A DNA stretch of 64,000 bases from Candidatus Latescibacterota bacterium (GTDB taxonomy: Bacteria > Krumholzibacteriota > Krumholzibacteriia > WVZY01 > JAKEHA01), in the NCBI GenBank assembly GCA_963707635.1, contig OY970173.1, forward strand, positions 3,104,001 to 3,168,000, read 5' to 3'. A program made the position numbers and the translations under genes. The notes under the pieces are model-generated. The model worked only from the letters and a program-made list of their open reading frames with translations, ran no database searches and was not told where the DNA came from. Of this stretch, positions 14,756 to 23,763 are shown piece by piece (position 1 is the first letter of the stretch; every line of letters starts with the position of its first letter).

Positions 14756-16091
14756 CGAGGCCCGTCACGTCGACCAGCGTGGCCACGAACGGCGCCGACG
14801 ACGCGGCCGGGTCGGCGCCCAGACGCTTCATGACCAACGGCATCATCGATCCCGCCAGCGTCCCCCACAGCACCACACCCACCAGCGACGCCATGACCGT
14901 GAAGCCGATCAGGAACCAGTGCGTGCCATAGGTTCCGAACAGCCCTTCCCATGCGCTCACGCGCACGAACCCCACCGCCCCCAGGATGCTCCCGAGCGCC
15001 AGGCCCGACAGTATTTCGCGACGCATGACCCGCCACCAGTCCTTGAGCGTCACCTCTCCCACGGCCAGCGCGCGGATGATGAGGCTGGCGGCCTGGCTCC
15101 CGCTGTTCCCGCCGGAGGAAATGATGAGCGGAACGAAAAGTGCCAGCACTACCGCTTTCGAGATTTCCTCTTCGAAGTGACCCATGGCCGTCGCCGTCAG
15201 CATTTCGCCGAGGAAGAGAAGAACGAGCCAGCGCGCTCGCTTCTTGATCAGGGTCCAGAACGGCGTCTCCACGTACGGCTCATCGAGCGCCACCACACCG
15301 CCGATTTTCTGGATGTCTTCGGTGGCTTCCTGTTCGGCGACGTTGAGCACGTCGTCGATGGTCACGATGCCGAGCAGAACCCCGTTGGAGTCCGTTACCG
15401 GCAGCGACACGCGGCCGTATTCGCGGAAGGCGTCGACCGCTGCTTCCTGGTCGTCCATCACTTTGAGTGCGATGAATCGTCCGTCGAGAAGGGATTTGAT
15501 CTTCGTGCGCGGCTCGGCGAGCAAGACTTCGCGGATGCGGATGTCGTCCACGAGTCGCCCGCCCTTGTCGACCACGTAGAGCACGTTGATGGTCTCGCTG
15601 TCCTTGCCGAAGCGACGCACCTGACGGAGTGCTTCGGCGGCGGTCCAGTCTCCGCGCACCGCCACGTATTCCGTGGTCATGAGCCGCCCCACGCTCTTCT
15701 CCGGGTATCCCAGGAGCCGCACGGCAATGTCGTGCTCCCTCGGGTTGAGAAGCTTGAGGAGCCGCTGCACTGCTTCGCCCGGCAGCTCCTCGAAAAACGC
15801 GGTGCGGTCGTCCGGCGGCAGATCGTTGAGGAGGTTGGAGAGACGCTCCCGCTCGTTCGCGATCGCATCGATCAGCGCCTCGCGCTTGTCCTGCGGCAGG
15901 TGCTCGAAGACCGCGGTCGCTTGCTCGCGAGGCAGGACGCGAAAGAGCACCGCGTCGTCGTGGTCGGGGAGGGCGTGGATCAGCGAGGCAACGTCGCTCG
16001 GCTCCATGACCTCGAGCAGGCGGCGCAGCTCCATGAGCTTGCCGGCTCGGAGCATCTCATCGACTTCGGGCCGCAGCAGCTGATCCAGCAT
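14706..16091 (-). CDS. mgtE: Magnesium transporter MgtE
   Basis: MgtE N-domain, CBS pair, PLIISSGGNSGSQ and DPAASSAPFVATLVDVTG. Confidence 0.95.
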   Translation of the reverse strand: MLDQLLRPEVDEMLRAGKLMELRRLLEVMEPSDVASLIHALPDHDDAVLFRVLPREQATAVFEHLPQDKREALIDAIANERERLSNLLNDLPPDDRTAFFEELPGEAVQRLLKLLNPREHDIAVRLLGYPEKSVGRLMTTEYVAVRGDWTAAEALRQVRRFGKDSETINVLYVVDKGGRLVDDIRIREVLLAEPRTKIKSLLDGRFIALKVMDDQEAAVDAFREYGRVSLPVTDSNGVLLGIVTIDDVLNVAEQEATEDIQKIGGVVALDEPYVETPFWTLIKKRARWLVLLFLGEMLTATAMGHFEEEISKAVVLALFVPLIISSGGNSGSQAASLIIRALAVGEVTLKDWWRVMRREILSGLALGSILGAVGFVRVSAWEGLFGTYGTHWFLIGFTVMASLVGVVLWGTLAGSMMPLVMKRLGADPAASSAPFVATLVDVTGLVIYFSVAALILRGSLL

Positions 16092-16241
16092 CGAATATCC
16101 CGTTGCATTGATGAGGAGGATCGTTCCGAGACGCGCAGCGGAATCCTAGCCAGCCCGCGGCGCCCGGTCAAACATGAATGTTCCCGCGGGGGAGCCTGCA
16201 ATCGGGTTGCGCGCGGACACGCCACGCCGTAGAATGGGCTC

Positions 16242-16880
16242 GTGATCTTCCACCAGATCGACGCGGGCGGCGACCGGAACTTCGCCTACCTGATCGCGGA
16301 CGGGCCCGGCGGCGTCGCGGCCATTTTCGACCCGCCTCCGGACCCCCAGCGCTACGCGGACTTGATCGCCCGCGACCGCCTCACGGTCGCCTACGTCGTC
16401 ATCACCCACGGCCACAACGACCATTGCTGGGGGGCGGCGCCGGCGAAGAAGGCGTTCGGCGGGAAGCTCGTCGGACACGCGTCCATGCATCTCCCCCTCG
16501 ACCTAAAGGTGAACGAAGGCGATGTGCTGGCGCTCGGGGATCTGACACTTCAGATTCTTTACACGCCGGGCCACACCGACGACCACATCTGCGTCGTGTG
16601 CGGGCAGCACGCGATCACCGGCGACACGCTCTTTGTCGGCAAGGTGGGCGGTACGGATCTAGGCCCGGGCGCAAAGAAAGAATGGGACAGCCTGCAGAAA
16701 CTCATGCAGCTCCCCGACGAGACACAGGTCTGGCCGGGCCACAACTACGGGGTGGCCCCGACCTCCACCATCGGTCACGAAAAGAAAACCAACCCGTTCC
16801 TTCTCCAACCCACCTTCGACGCCTTCATCGACCTGAAGGCGAACTGGCTCGAGTACAAGAAAAAGCACGGGATCAAGTAG
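16242..16880 (+). CDS. MBL-fold hydrolase (glyoxalase II / hydroxyacylglutathione hydrolase-like)
   Basis: THGHNDH, TPGHT, GDTLF, PGHNY and STIGHEKKTNPFL. TTGCGC-17 nt-TAGAAT promoter 6 nt upstream. Confidence 0.88.
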   Translation: MIFHQIDAGGDRNFAYLIADGPGGVAAIFDPPPDPQRYADLIARDRLTVAYVVITHGHNDHCWGAAPAKKAFGGKLVGHASMHLPLDLKVNEGDVLALGDLTLQILYTPGHTDDHICVVCGQHAITGDTLFVGKVGGTDLGPGAKKEWDSLQKLMQLPDETQVWPGHNYGVAPTSTIGHEKKTNPFLLQPTFDAFIDLKANWLEYKKKHGIK

Positions 16881-17981
16881 CGAGCGCCTCGAATCCCCTT
16901 GCCCTGAAGAGCGGCACCTCGCGCTCGCCCGGGAAAACTATTAGCCAAACGCGCAACGGCTCTGTTAAGCTAGCCCTCTTTATCGCCTTGCGCAGTTCAA
17001 CTCCTTCAAGGAAGGCCCCCATGAATTGTGCTCCACGAGTTCCCATCTTTTGTGCCGCCGTTTCCCTTGCCGTGTTATTGGCAACACCAGTTTCAACACC
17101 CGCGGTCGCGGATTACTACAAGGCGTTGTGGCGGCAGGGCCCGTCGCTCGGCCCGACCTACGTATGCAACCACCACGATGCCTCCCCCCCGGGCACACCG
17201 TGCGGCTTTGATGACCATGCGAGCGATGGCACCAACAGTTTCCACCTCTGGAGCTACGCCGCCAGGACCGAGATACAGCCCAATCTATGGCATTCGATCG
17301 AGCTTCACGGCCAAGCGGTAACCTACTCCCAATACGTCGTCGAGATGGAATGGAGGGTGAACGCCGGCTGGCGCTGGGATGACGTCACGTTCACCTGCCA
17401 GGACGGGCGCACCCAGGTTAGTGTCGGTCTCCCCATCCATGTGAAAGGATACGCCTCAAATTTCACCGTGCTTAGTTCGATCGCTCCAAGGGGCCGCGCG
17501 TTACTTTACCTGGGCCACCCTCAATACTTGTATACCCAGGGCGTCTGGCACGCTGGCTCTAACAATGGTGGATCCGCCGTGCCCGAGGCGCCATCCACCG
17601 GCGTGTTCGCGGGGAGCACCGGCAATGCTCTCGACCAAACGGTCATGTTCAGGATCGGAGAGCCTCCTTCGGCAATGGTGCCAACCGGAACGCCAAGGCT
17701 CGTCGCCCCACAGTTCACGCTCGTATTCGATGTTCGAAATGAGAGGGTGGACGCCTACTTCGACCCGGCGTATGGCGGCGAGCTCTCGCTTCGACACAGC
17801 GGGCCCGTGTTCGACCTGCCGGCCGGTTGTACGTGCAATTCCCAGCAGATGGGAATCGTGAACAACCAGTGGATCGGCGATGTAATTGCAGTGCAGCCCC
17901 ATTCATGGGGGTATGTCAAGAGCCTGTACCGCTGAGAACGTTACCCGTTCTCGTCAGCAAAGAAGCACGCGATCAAGTAGC
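16861..17981. repeat. Imperfect 21-bp direct repeats (16861-16881 and 17961-17981) bounding a 1,100-bp insertion
   Basis: AAAAGCACGGGATCAAGTAGC versus AGAAGCACGCGATCAAGTAGC, 19/21 identical. Confidence 0.75.
17021..17935 (+). CDS. Secreted hypothetical protein with C-terminal SWGYVKSLYR tail
   Basis: Signal peptide (AVSLAVLLA...AVA); ends VIAVQPHSWGYVKSLYR. Codon usage is visibly less GC-biased than its neighbours. Confidence 0.75.
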   Translation: MNCAPRVPIFCAAVSLAVLLATPVSTPAVADYYKALWRQGPSLGPTYVCNHHDASPPGTPCGFDDHASDGTNSFHLWSYAARTEIQPNLWHSIELHGQAVTYSQYVVEMEWRVNAGWRWDDVTFTCQDGRTQVSVGLPIHVKGYASNFTVLSSIAPRGRALLYLGHPQYLYTQGVWHAGSNNGGSAVPEAPSTGVFAGSTGNALDQTVMFRIGEPPSAMVPTGTPRLVAPQFTLVFDVRNERVDAYFDPAYGGELSLRHSGPVFDLPAGCTCNSQQMGIVNNQWIGDVIAVQPHSWGYVKSLYR

Positions 17982-18025
17982 AGCAGGCCCGGCGGTCCAT
18001 CGAGGATGGGCCGACCGGGCCTGCT
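17982..18025. terminator. Long hairpin between convergent genes
   Basis: AGCAGGCCCGG...CCGGGCCTGCT outer stem with a CGGTCCATC/GATGGGCCG inner stem. Confidence 0.6.
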
Positions 18026-18046
18026 TCGTCGTGGAGCGTCAGATTG

Positions 18047-18622
18047 CTACCGGTACAGCGACTTGATCCTCCCCCAGGTGCTCGGCTCGGTAGCCAGGGC
18101 GTGTCCGCAATCACAGGACGCATTCGCGTTCAGGATCACGCTCCGGGTCGAGGCCTCGCGCATGTTGAACTCGCAGTCGACGTCGATCGCCGACGCCCCC
18201 TCGACCCAGAGGCGCGCATCGGGGATGTCGGCCGGTTTCGACACTTGGATCTGGCAACAGTGCGCCGCCGGCACGCCGGAGTACTCCGCATAGCCCAGAT
18301 AAACGGGCGTCTGTCGGCACTCGCCATAGGCGATGCTCAAACCGAACGATCCGTTGGTGGCGCCGATGCTGAGCCATGGCTCGGCGAGCACGTCCCCCAG
18401 AAACGTCGCACCCGGCCAGCACGCCGGCGGATAGATCGCGAACTGCACCGCCGTGGAGAGCTGGTCACCGGTGTGGAACATGTGCACGCGCACCACCCCG
18501 GTGCCATCGCCGGGCACGATGCACGACGATTGTCCCGTATCCGCAAACAAGCCTAGCCCCGGACCCGCCGCCGCGGACACCGCGGTCAGGCACACCGCAA
18601 AAAGCATTAACAGAGCGCGCAT
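18047..18622 (-). CDS. Secreted Cys-rich hypothetical protein with C-terminal TWGRIKSLYR tail
   Basis: Signal peptide MRALLMLFAVCLTAVSAAA; paralog of 27053-27646 and 27661-28224. Confidence 0.8.
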   Translation of the reverse strand: MRALLMLFAVCLTAVSAAAGPGLGLFADTGQSSCIVPGDGTGVVRVHMFHTGDQLSTAVQFAIYPPACWPGATFLGDVLAEPWLSIGATNGSFGLSIAYGECRQTPVYLGYAEYSGVPAAHCCQIQVSKPADIPDARLWVEGASAIDVDCEFNMREASTRSVILNANASCDCGHALATEPSTWGRIKSLYR

Positions 18623-18864
18623 GGCGCACCTCCCGAATTCTTTCATGCGGTCCAAAGGTGGGGCGACCCGTCACAAACGACGATCATGCCGATGCAGTCC
18701 CCGAGGATGTGAGGCTGAACGGAATATAGGCCCGTCCCGCCCCACTGGCAACAGGGGCAGCGCACGCGGGGCACACCGCTTGCACGATCACCAACCTGAA
18801 CACCGCCGCTTTTTTTTAAGCGGCTGTCCGATAACGAGTTGGTGTTCGGGGAGGTGAATCGCGT

Positions 18865-20511
18865 ATGGCCAGTTTCCTGCCGGGTGGACCGGCGACATCC
18901 GAACGGATCGACGACCTCGCATCCGAGCTGGTGCTCTCGCTGGAGCTTTCGCGGGGCGAGGGTTGCGATCTCGCCGCCACCGCGCAGGCCGCCGACCGGC
19001 TCGTCCACGCGTTTCACGGCGCCCTCGTGGCCGCGGAAGAAACCGAGCGCGCGGACTCGAGCGCGCGCGTCGACGACGTATGCCGCATGGTCGAACGCGC
19101 CTACGATCAGTGGAAGAGCGTCGACGACGCCTTCATGAACACCATTCGCCTCGCTTACGAGCACCAGGTCCCGCGCGCCAATCTCCAGCTGGACGACATC
19201 CACACCGTTCTCAAGCAGCGCGTCGGCGAGCCGATCGCCGAGGCGTACACCGAGCTGCGCGCGCGCTGGGTCTCGCACGTCGCCGCCCATCCCTGGGACA
19301 CGTTCATGAATCGCGCGCCCGACCACGCGGACCATGCCGCGCTCGACCGGGCGCTGAACGCGCTGGCGCGCGGCGACGACCTCGACGTCGAAGACGCGCT
19401 GGAGGCGGTGACGGGCCCGCTGCGCCATGCCTTCGCGGACCACGTCCGCGCGCACCCGGCCGACCTCGACGACCTGGAAATCGGCCTGTGGCGCCGGCCG
19501 GAAATGCTGGTGGCCGGCGACTACTGGGGTCACGCCAAGAGCCTCCGGCTGCTCGACGTGCTGGCCGACTCGACGTCCGAACGAACCAAGAAGGCCGCGA
19601 GCACGCTCGCCGACTTCTTCGCGCCGGGGCGGACCGCCGCGTCGATTGTGCGCGCGCTCCACGACGTGCACGAGTCGCAGCGGGATCGTTTCGCGCGCTG
19701 CCTGCTGCTCCACCCGGATTACGAGGTGCGCCGCTACGTCGCCACCAGCGCCGACATCAATTCGGTGTGGAAGGTCGTAACCCCGGAATCCGTCCCCTGC
19801 GCGACAATCCTGTCGCTGCTCGAGCGCCTGGTCGGTTCGAGCCGCTATACCACCGCGCAGCGGAAGATCTTCTTCGACTCGGTGTACCGGCGCCTGCTTT
19901 CGCTGACCAGCCGCTCCGACGTGCTCTACGCGCGCGGGATCGTGCGCATTTTCGTGAAGCTCAATTTCTTCCTGGAGGACGGCTATTTCCACAAGCTGTC
20001 CACGCTGCTCGATTACCTGGCCGCCAAGGAGAAGGCGCACGGCATCGACAACGCGCTCCTGACCAACTACATCGCCCGCGTGCGGGCGGAAAAGGAGCGC
20101 GTGGGTTCGGTGTCCGGCGAGGATCCCTCGTTCGACGGAGTCCCGCTGGTGGTGTTGAGGAAACTCGCGCGCGACGGGCACTTCTGGACCCTGCTGATCG
20201 CGCACCCGATCGCCAAGATCGCGCGCGAGACCGTGCCCCACGTCTCCACGCGCGATCGCGCGCTGCTCGCAGCGAACAACCACCGCGTCAACCCGGAAGT
20301 TCTCCGCGGCCTGGGTCGCAAGCGCGAGCTGTTCTCCACCCACCCGTCGCGGATGGCGCTGCTCGCCAACCCGCAGACGCCGATCGCGGTGTCGATGAAC
20401 TTCGTCTCCGACTTGACGCCCAGGGACGTCGAAGCGCTTCTCCGGCGCGCGACCGTGCACCCGGAACTTCGCAATCTCCTGCGCGCGCGCTACGACGCCA
20501 CCCGTCGCTGA
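18865..20511 (+). CDS. Hypothetical alpha-helical protein
   Basis: 548-aa ORF with host-like codon usage and GGAGG RBS. The C-terminal LLANPQTP...L..RDV segment looks like a helical repeat. Confidence 0.7.
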   Translation: MASFLPGGPATSERIDDLASELVLSLELSRGEGCDLAATAQAADRLVHAFHGALVAAEETERADSSARVDDVCRMVERAYDQWKSVDDAFMNTIRLAYEHQVPRANLQLDDIHTVLKQRVGEPIAEAYTELRARWVSHVAAHPWDTFMNRAPDHADHAALDRALNALARGDDLDVEDALEAVTGPLRHAFADHVRAHPADLDDLEIGLWRRPEMLVAGDYWGHAKSLRLLDVLADSTSERTKKAASTLADFFAPGRTAASIVRALHDVHESQRDRFARCLLLHPDYEVRRYVATSADINSVWKVVTPESVPCATILSLLERLVGSSRYTTAQRKIFFDSVYRRLLSLTSRSDVLYARGIVRIFVKLNFFLEDGYFHKLSTLLDYLAAKEKAHGIDNALLTNYIARVRAEKERVGSVSGEDPSFDGVPLVVLRKLARDGHFWTLLIAHPIAKIARETVPHVSTRDRALLAANNHRVNPEVLRGLGRKRELFSTHPSRMALLANPQTPIAVSMNFVSDLTPRDVEALLRRATVHPELRNLLRARYDATRR

Positions 20512-20570
20512 TCCGCGCACCAGTTTTCACTTGCCCGCTCTGAACCGCTTCGCTACGGTCTCGCGCAGCC

Positions 20571-21926
20571 GTGACCGCCGCCGTTGAGCATAGTCTCGGA
20601 GCCACGCTGGCCGTCTGGTGGACGCTGCCGTTCGCCGGCATTCTGCTCTCGATCGCTCTCTTTCCCCTGTTCGCGCCGCGCTGGTGGCACCACCACTATC
20701 CGAAGGTGACGCTCGCGTGGGCGCTCGTGCTCGCGATCCCGTTCCTGATCGGGCACCGGGGCGAAGCCGCGCACGAGATCGCGCACGTGCTCCTGGCCGA
20801 CTACGTCCCCTTCATCGTTCTCCTGTGGGCGCTCTACACGGTTTCCTCCGGCATCCTGCTGACGGGCACCCTCAAGGGCGCTCCGGGGCAGAACGTGCTG
20901 ATCCTCGCGTCGGGCACACTCCTGGCCTCCTGGATCGGGACCACCGGCGCGTCGATGGTGCTGATTCGCCCGCTGCTGCGCGCGATCTCGTGGCGCAAAC
21001 ACCGCGCGCACACCGTCGTCTTCTTCATTTTCCTGGTAAGCAACGTCGGCGGTTCGCTCACTCCGCTGGGAGACCCTCCGCTGTTCCTGGGCTTTCTCCA
21101 TCACGTGCCGTTCTTCTGGACTCTCCACCTGGCCCCCGCGACGTTCTTCATCGCGGCCCCGCTCCTCTCGCTGTACTACTGGCTGGATCGCCGCTACTAC
21201 CGGCGGGAGGAAGCGAGGCGGCACGGCGCGGATGAGGTCATGGGCATCCGCGGGTGGCACAACTTCCTCTATCTGGGCGGCATCGTGGGCGCGGTGCTAT
21301 TGAGCGGCGTCTGGAGGGCCGGCGAGGTTCGCGTGCTCGGCGTCGACCTGAAGATCGAGGGGCTCGTGCGCGATGCGCTGATGATCGTTTTCGCCGTGCT
21401 GTCGCTGAAGACCACGAGCGCGGACGTGCACCGGGCGAACCAGTTTTCCTGGGGACCGATCCGGGAGGTGGCGATCCTGTTCGCGGGGATTTTCGTCACC
21501 ATCATCCCCGCGCTCGCGATCCTCAAGGCCGGGGAGCATGGCGCGTTGCGCCAATTGGTGGCGCTCGCCGACTCGTCGCGGAGCTACTTCTGGCTCACGG
21601 GCGGATTGTCGAGCTTCCTCGACAACGCCCCCACGTATCTCACGTTCTTCAACGCGGCGCTGGGCGACCTCCTGCCGAACGTCCCCGAAGCGGAGGCGGT
21701 TCCGCAGCTGATCGCGATGCACCACCATTATCTGCACGCGATCTCGTGCGGCGCGGTGTTCATGGGGGCCAACACCTACATCGGGAACGCGCCCAACTTC
21801 ATGGTCAAGAGCATCGCCGAAGAAGCCGGCGTCGAGATGCCGAGCTTCTTCGGCTACATGTTCCGGTATTCGATTCCGATCCTGATTCCGCTATTCTTGC
21901 TCGCGACGTTCGTTTTCTTCGACTAG
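20571..21926 (+). CDS. Ion-transporter superfamily permease (putative Na+/H+ antiporter / CitMHS-like)
   Basis: Many TM helices; SNVGGSLTPLGDPPLFLGF, SSFLDNAPTY and GANTYIGNAPN. Confidence 0.85.
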   Translation: MTAAVEHSLGATLAVWWTLPFAGILLSIALFPLFAPRWWHHHYPKVTLAWALVLAIPFLIGHRGEAAHEIAHVLLADYVPFIVLLWALYTVSSGILLTGTLKGAPGQNVLILASGTLLASWIGTTGASMVLIRPLLRAISWRKHRAHTVVFFIFLVSNVGGSLTPLGDPPLFLGFLHHVPFFWTLHLAPATFFIAAPLLSLYYWLDRRYYRREEARRHGADEVMGIRGWHNFLYLGGIVGAVLLSGVWRAGEVRVLGVDLKIEGLVRDALMIVFAVLSLKTTSADVHRANQFSWGPIREVAILFAGIFVTIIPALAILKAGEHGALRQLVALADSSRSYFWLTGGLSSFLDNAPTYLTFFNAALGDLLPNVPEAEAVPQLIAMHHHYLHAISCGAVFMGANTYIGNAPNFMVKSIAEEAGVEMPSFFGYMFRYSIPILIPLFLLATFVFFD

Positions 21927-21949
21927 CCGCGGGCCCGGGAGGACACGCC

Positions 21950-22513
21950 ATGTCTCACTACGCCGAATTCGTGATCCACGGGGACGACCGGGAGGTCATC
22001 GCGTACCTGAAGGGTTTCGCCGCCGGCTCGGCGCTGGAGCGCAGCCTCCTGTTCGCGGCCGAGGCTGGTTTCCATATCCGCGCGCTGCGCGAGCGCATCA
22101 AGCACCACGGGGAGGTGACGCACGTGATCTGCGACCTGCCCCATCGCGACCGTCTCCGCGCCGCCATCCAGCAGGCCGCGCCGCGCTATGCGTTCGAGAT
22201 CAAGGAGGAACGGACGATCGAACGGGCGTACTTTCCGTTCTCGTTCGAGACGCCGAGCCGCAAGACGGCGGAGCAAATCAAGAGCGTGCTGGGCTCACTT
22301 CCGAAGGGCGTGAAGGCGTCCGACTATTCACCGCAGGAAGTGACCGACCCGAGCGCGCGCGGACCGGAGGTCTATTCTCCCACGCACGAGTACACGTTCC
22401 GCGGGCGCGGCGTGATCGAAGGCGACGTGCCGGGCGTGGTCGCGACGCGGCGCGCGCTCATGGAGATCGATTTCACGAAGTGCGACGAGATCGCGGTGCA
22501 CCACGCCGAGTGA
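21950..22513 (+). CDS. Hypothetical protein
   Basis: GGAGG RBS, MSHYAEFVIHG start and host-like codon usage; follows the transporter gene. Confidence 0.7.
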   Translation: MSHYAEFVIHGDDREVIAYLKGFAAGSALERSLLFAAEAGFHIRALRERIKHHGEVTHVICDLPHRDRLRAAIQQAAPRYAFEIKEERTIERAYFPFSFETPSRKTAEQIKSVLGSLPKGVKASDYSPQEVTDPSARGPEVYSPTHEYTFRGRGVIEGDVPGVVATRRALMEIDFTKCDEIAVHHAE

Positions 22514-22523
22514 AGAACCAGCA

Positions 22524-22619
22524 CAAGGTGGGATGCACTCCCTCTGACGCCGTCCTCCCGCGCACACGTTGATATGCGCGACTGCGGATTGGCGTTGCGA
22601 GGGAGTGCATCCCACCTTG
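22524..22619. repeat. 96-nt long hairpin with perfect 21-bp terminal inverted repeats (REPIN/MITE-like)
   Basis: CAAGGTGGGATGCACTCCCTC (22524-22544) and GAGGGAGTGCATCCCACCTTG (22599-22619), plus further inner pairing. Confidence 0.85.
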
Positions 22620-22625
22620 CTCGCT

Positions 22626-23642
22626 TCAGTGCTTCCCGCTTGGCGCGGCGCTCATGATCGTCTTCATGAGCTCGGGGTCGTCCGGGAGCAGGCCCGACGC
22701 GGGCAGTCGCCGCGTCACTTCGATCCATTTTGGATTCTTTGCGAACACATCCTTGAAGTAGGCGAGCGCCTCTTTTTCTTTCCCCGCGGTCACCATCGTG
22801 ATCGCCGCCCAGTACTTGACCTCGGGATTGCTCGGGAGCAGTTTCGCCGCCGTCCCGTAGGCCTCCATCGCGCCGGCCACGTCGTTTTTGGCCAGGCGTT
22901 CGTCGCCCACGTTCATCTGCTCGTACGCGCGGTGCACTTCGACCAGGCGGCGGATTTCCTTCACCGGCTCGGCGGCGTCCTCGACCCGAAGATCGACCTC
23001 GCGGTCCGCCCACGGCCGTCCCGTCGATTTGGCCGGCACGATCAGGATCGCCGCGCTCTGCTTGCCCCGGATGTCGCCGCCCTCGCGCTGCGCGGCTTCG
23101 AGCGCCGCCAGCAGCCGCTCGGCGAGGTCGCCCTTCGAGGCCTCGTACGCGCGCGCCATCGCGTCCCACACGGTGTTCTTGTCCATGAGATTCGCCTGCA
23201 CGGAGTACTGCGCGCCCGGGTGATGGCCGGCCTGCGCGATGCACTTCGCGCCGGTGTGGACGGCGATATTGCCGTGCGTGTCGACCATCGCCACCTGGCG
23301 GACGTCGCGCTGCGGGTCGGCCGCGAGGAGCGCGTCGAGCGCCTGCGTCGCGGTCTTGCCCGCGCGCATGAGGTCCAGGCCCAGCGGGCCGTAGGAGACC
23401 TCGGCCAGCGATTGCGTCGCCACCGCGCCGACACCGGCCTCGGCCCAGCTCACCACCGAGCCGACCGAAAACCAGTGGGACTGCACCGCGACGCCGAGTT
23501 CTCCGGTCACCGAGTCCCGCGCCACGATCGAGTAGGTGTGCACCGGCCGCGCCACCATCACGCCGCCCCGGTCGAGCGGCTCCGCGTGAACGGCCAGCGC
23601 GACGGTCAACAGCGAACTCGCGAGCAGCATCGAGCGCTTCAT
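22626..23642 (-). CDS. DUF1028 (Ntn-hydrolase-like) secreted protein with C-terminal TPR
   Basis: Signal peptide; HTYSIVARD, GAVATQS, GGDIRGKQSAA and DLRVED; TPR-like tail. Confidence 0.88.
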   Translation of the reverse strand: MKRSMLLASSLLTVALAVHAEPLDRGGVMVARPVHTYSIVARDSVTGELGVAVQSHWFSVGSVVSWAEAGVGAVATQSLAEVSYGPLGLDLMRAGKTATQALDALLAADPQRDVRQVAMVDTHGNIAVHTGAKCIAQAGHHPGAQYSVQANLMDKNTVWDAMARAYEASKGDLAERLLAALEAAQREGGDIRGKQSAAILIVPAKSTGRPWADREVDLRVEDAAEPVKEIRRLVEVHRAYEQMNVGDERLAKNDVAGAMEAYGTAAKLLPSNPEVKYWAAITMVTAGKEKEALAYFKDVFAKNPKWIEVTRRLPASGLLPDDPELMKTIMSAAPSGKH

Positions 23643-23763
23643 GGCAACTCCTTCCCGGCGGTTGACGCCGGACGCGAAAGGGCCTATTCTGTGGACTTCG
23701 ATCCCCCACGCTACCACAACCGCGCGAGCCCGCGAAGGGCGGCGCTTTCCAACGGATGCAACC

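Noticed and set aside
16178..17020. N-terminal extension of the 585-aa ORF overlapping the MBL gene
   Set aside because: Out-of-frame shadow of the MBL gene. The plausible start is ATG 17021, with an RBS and signal peptide.
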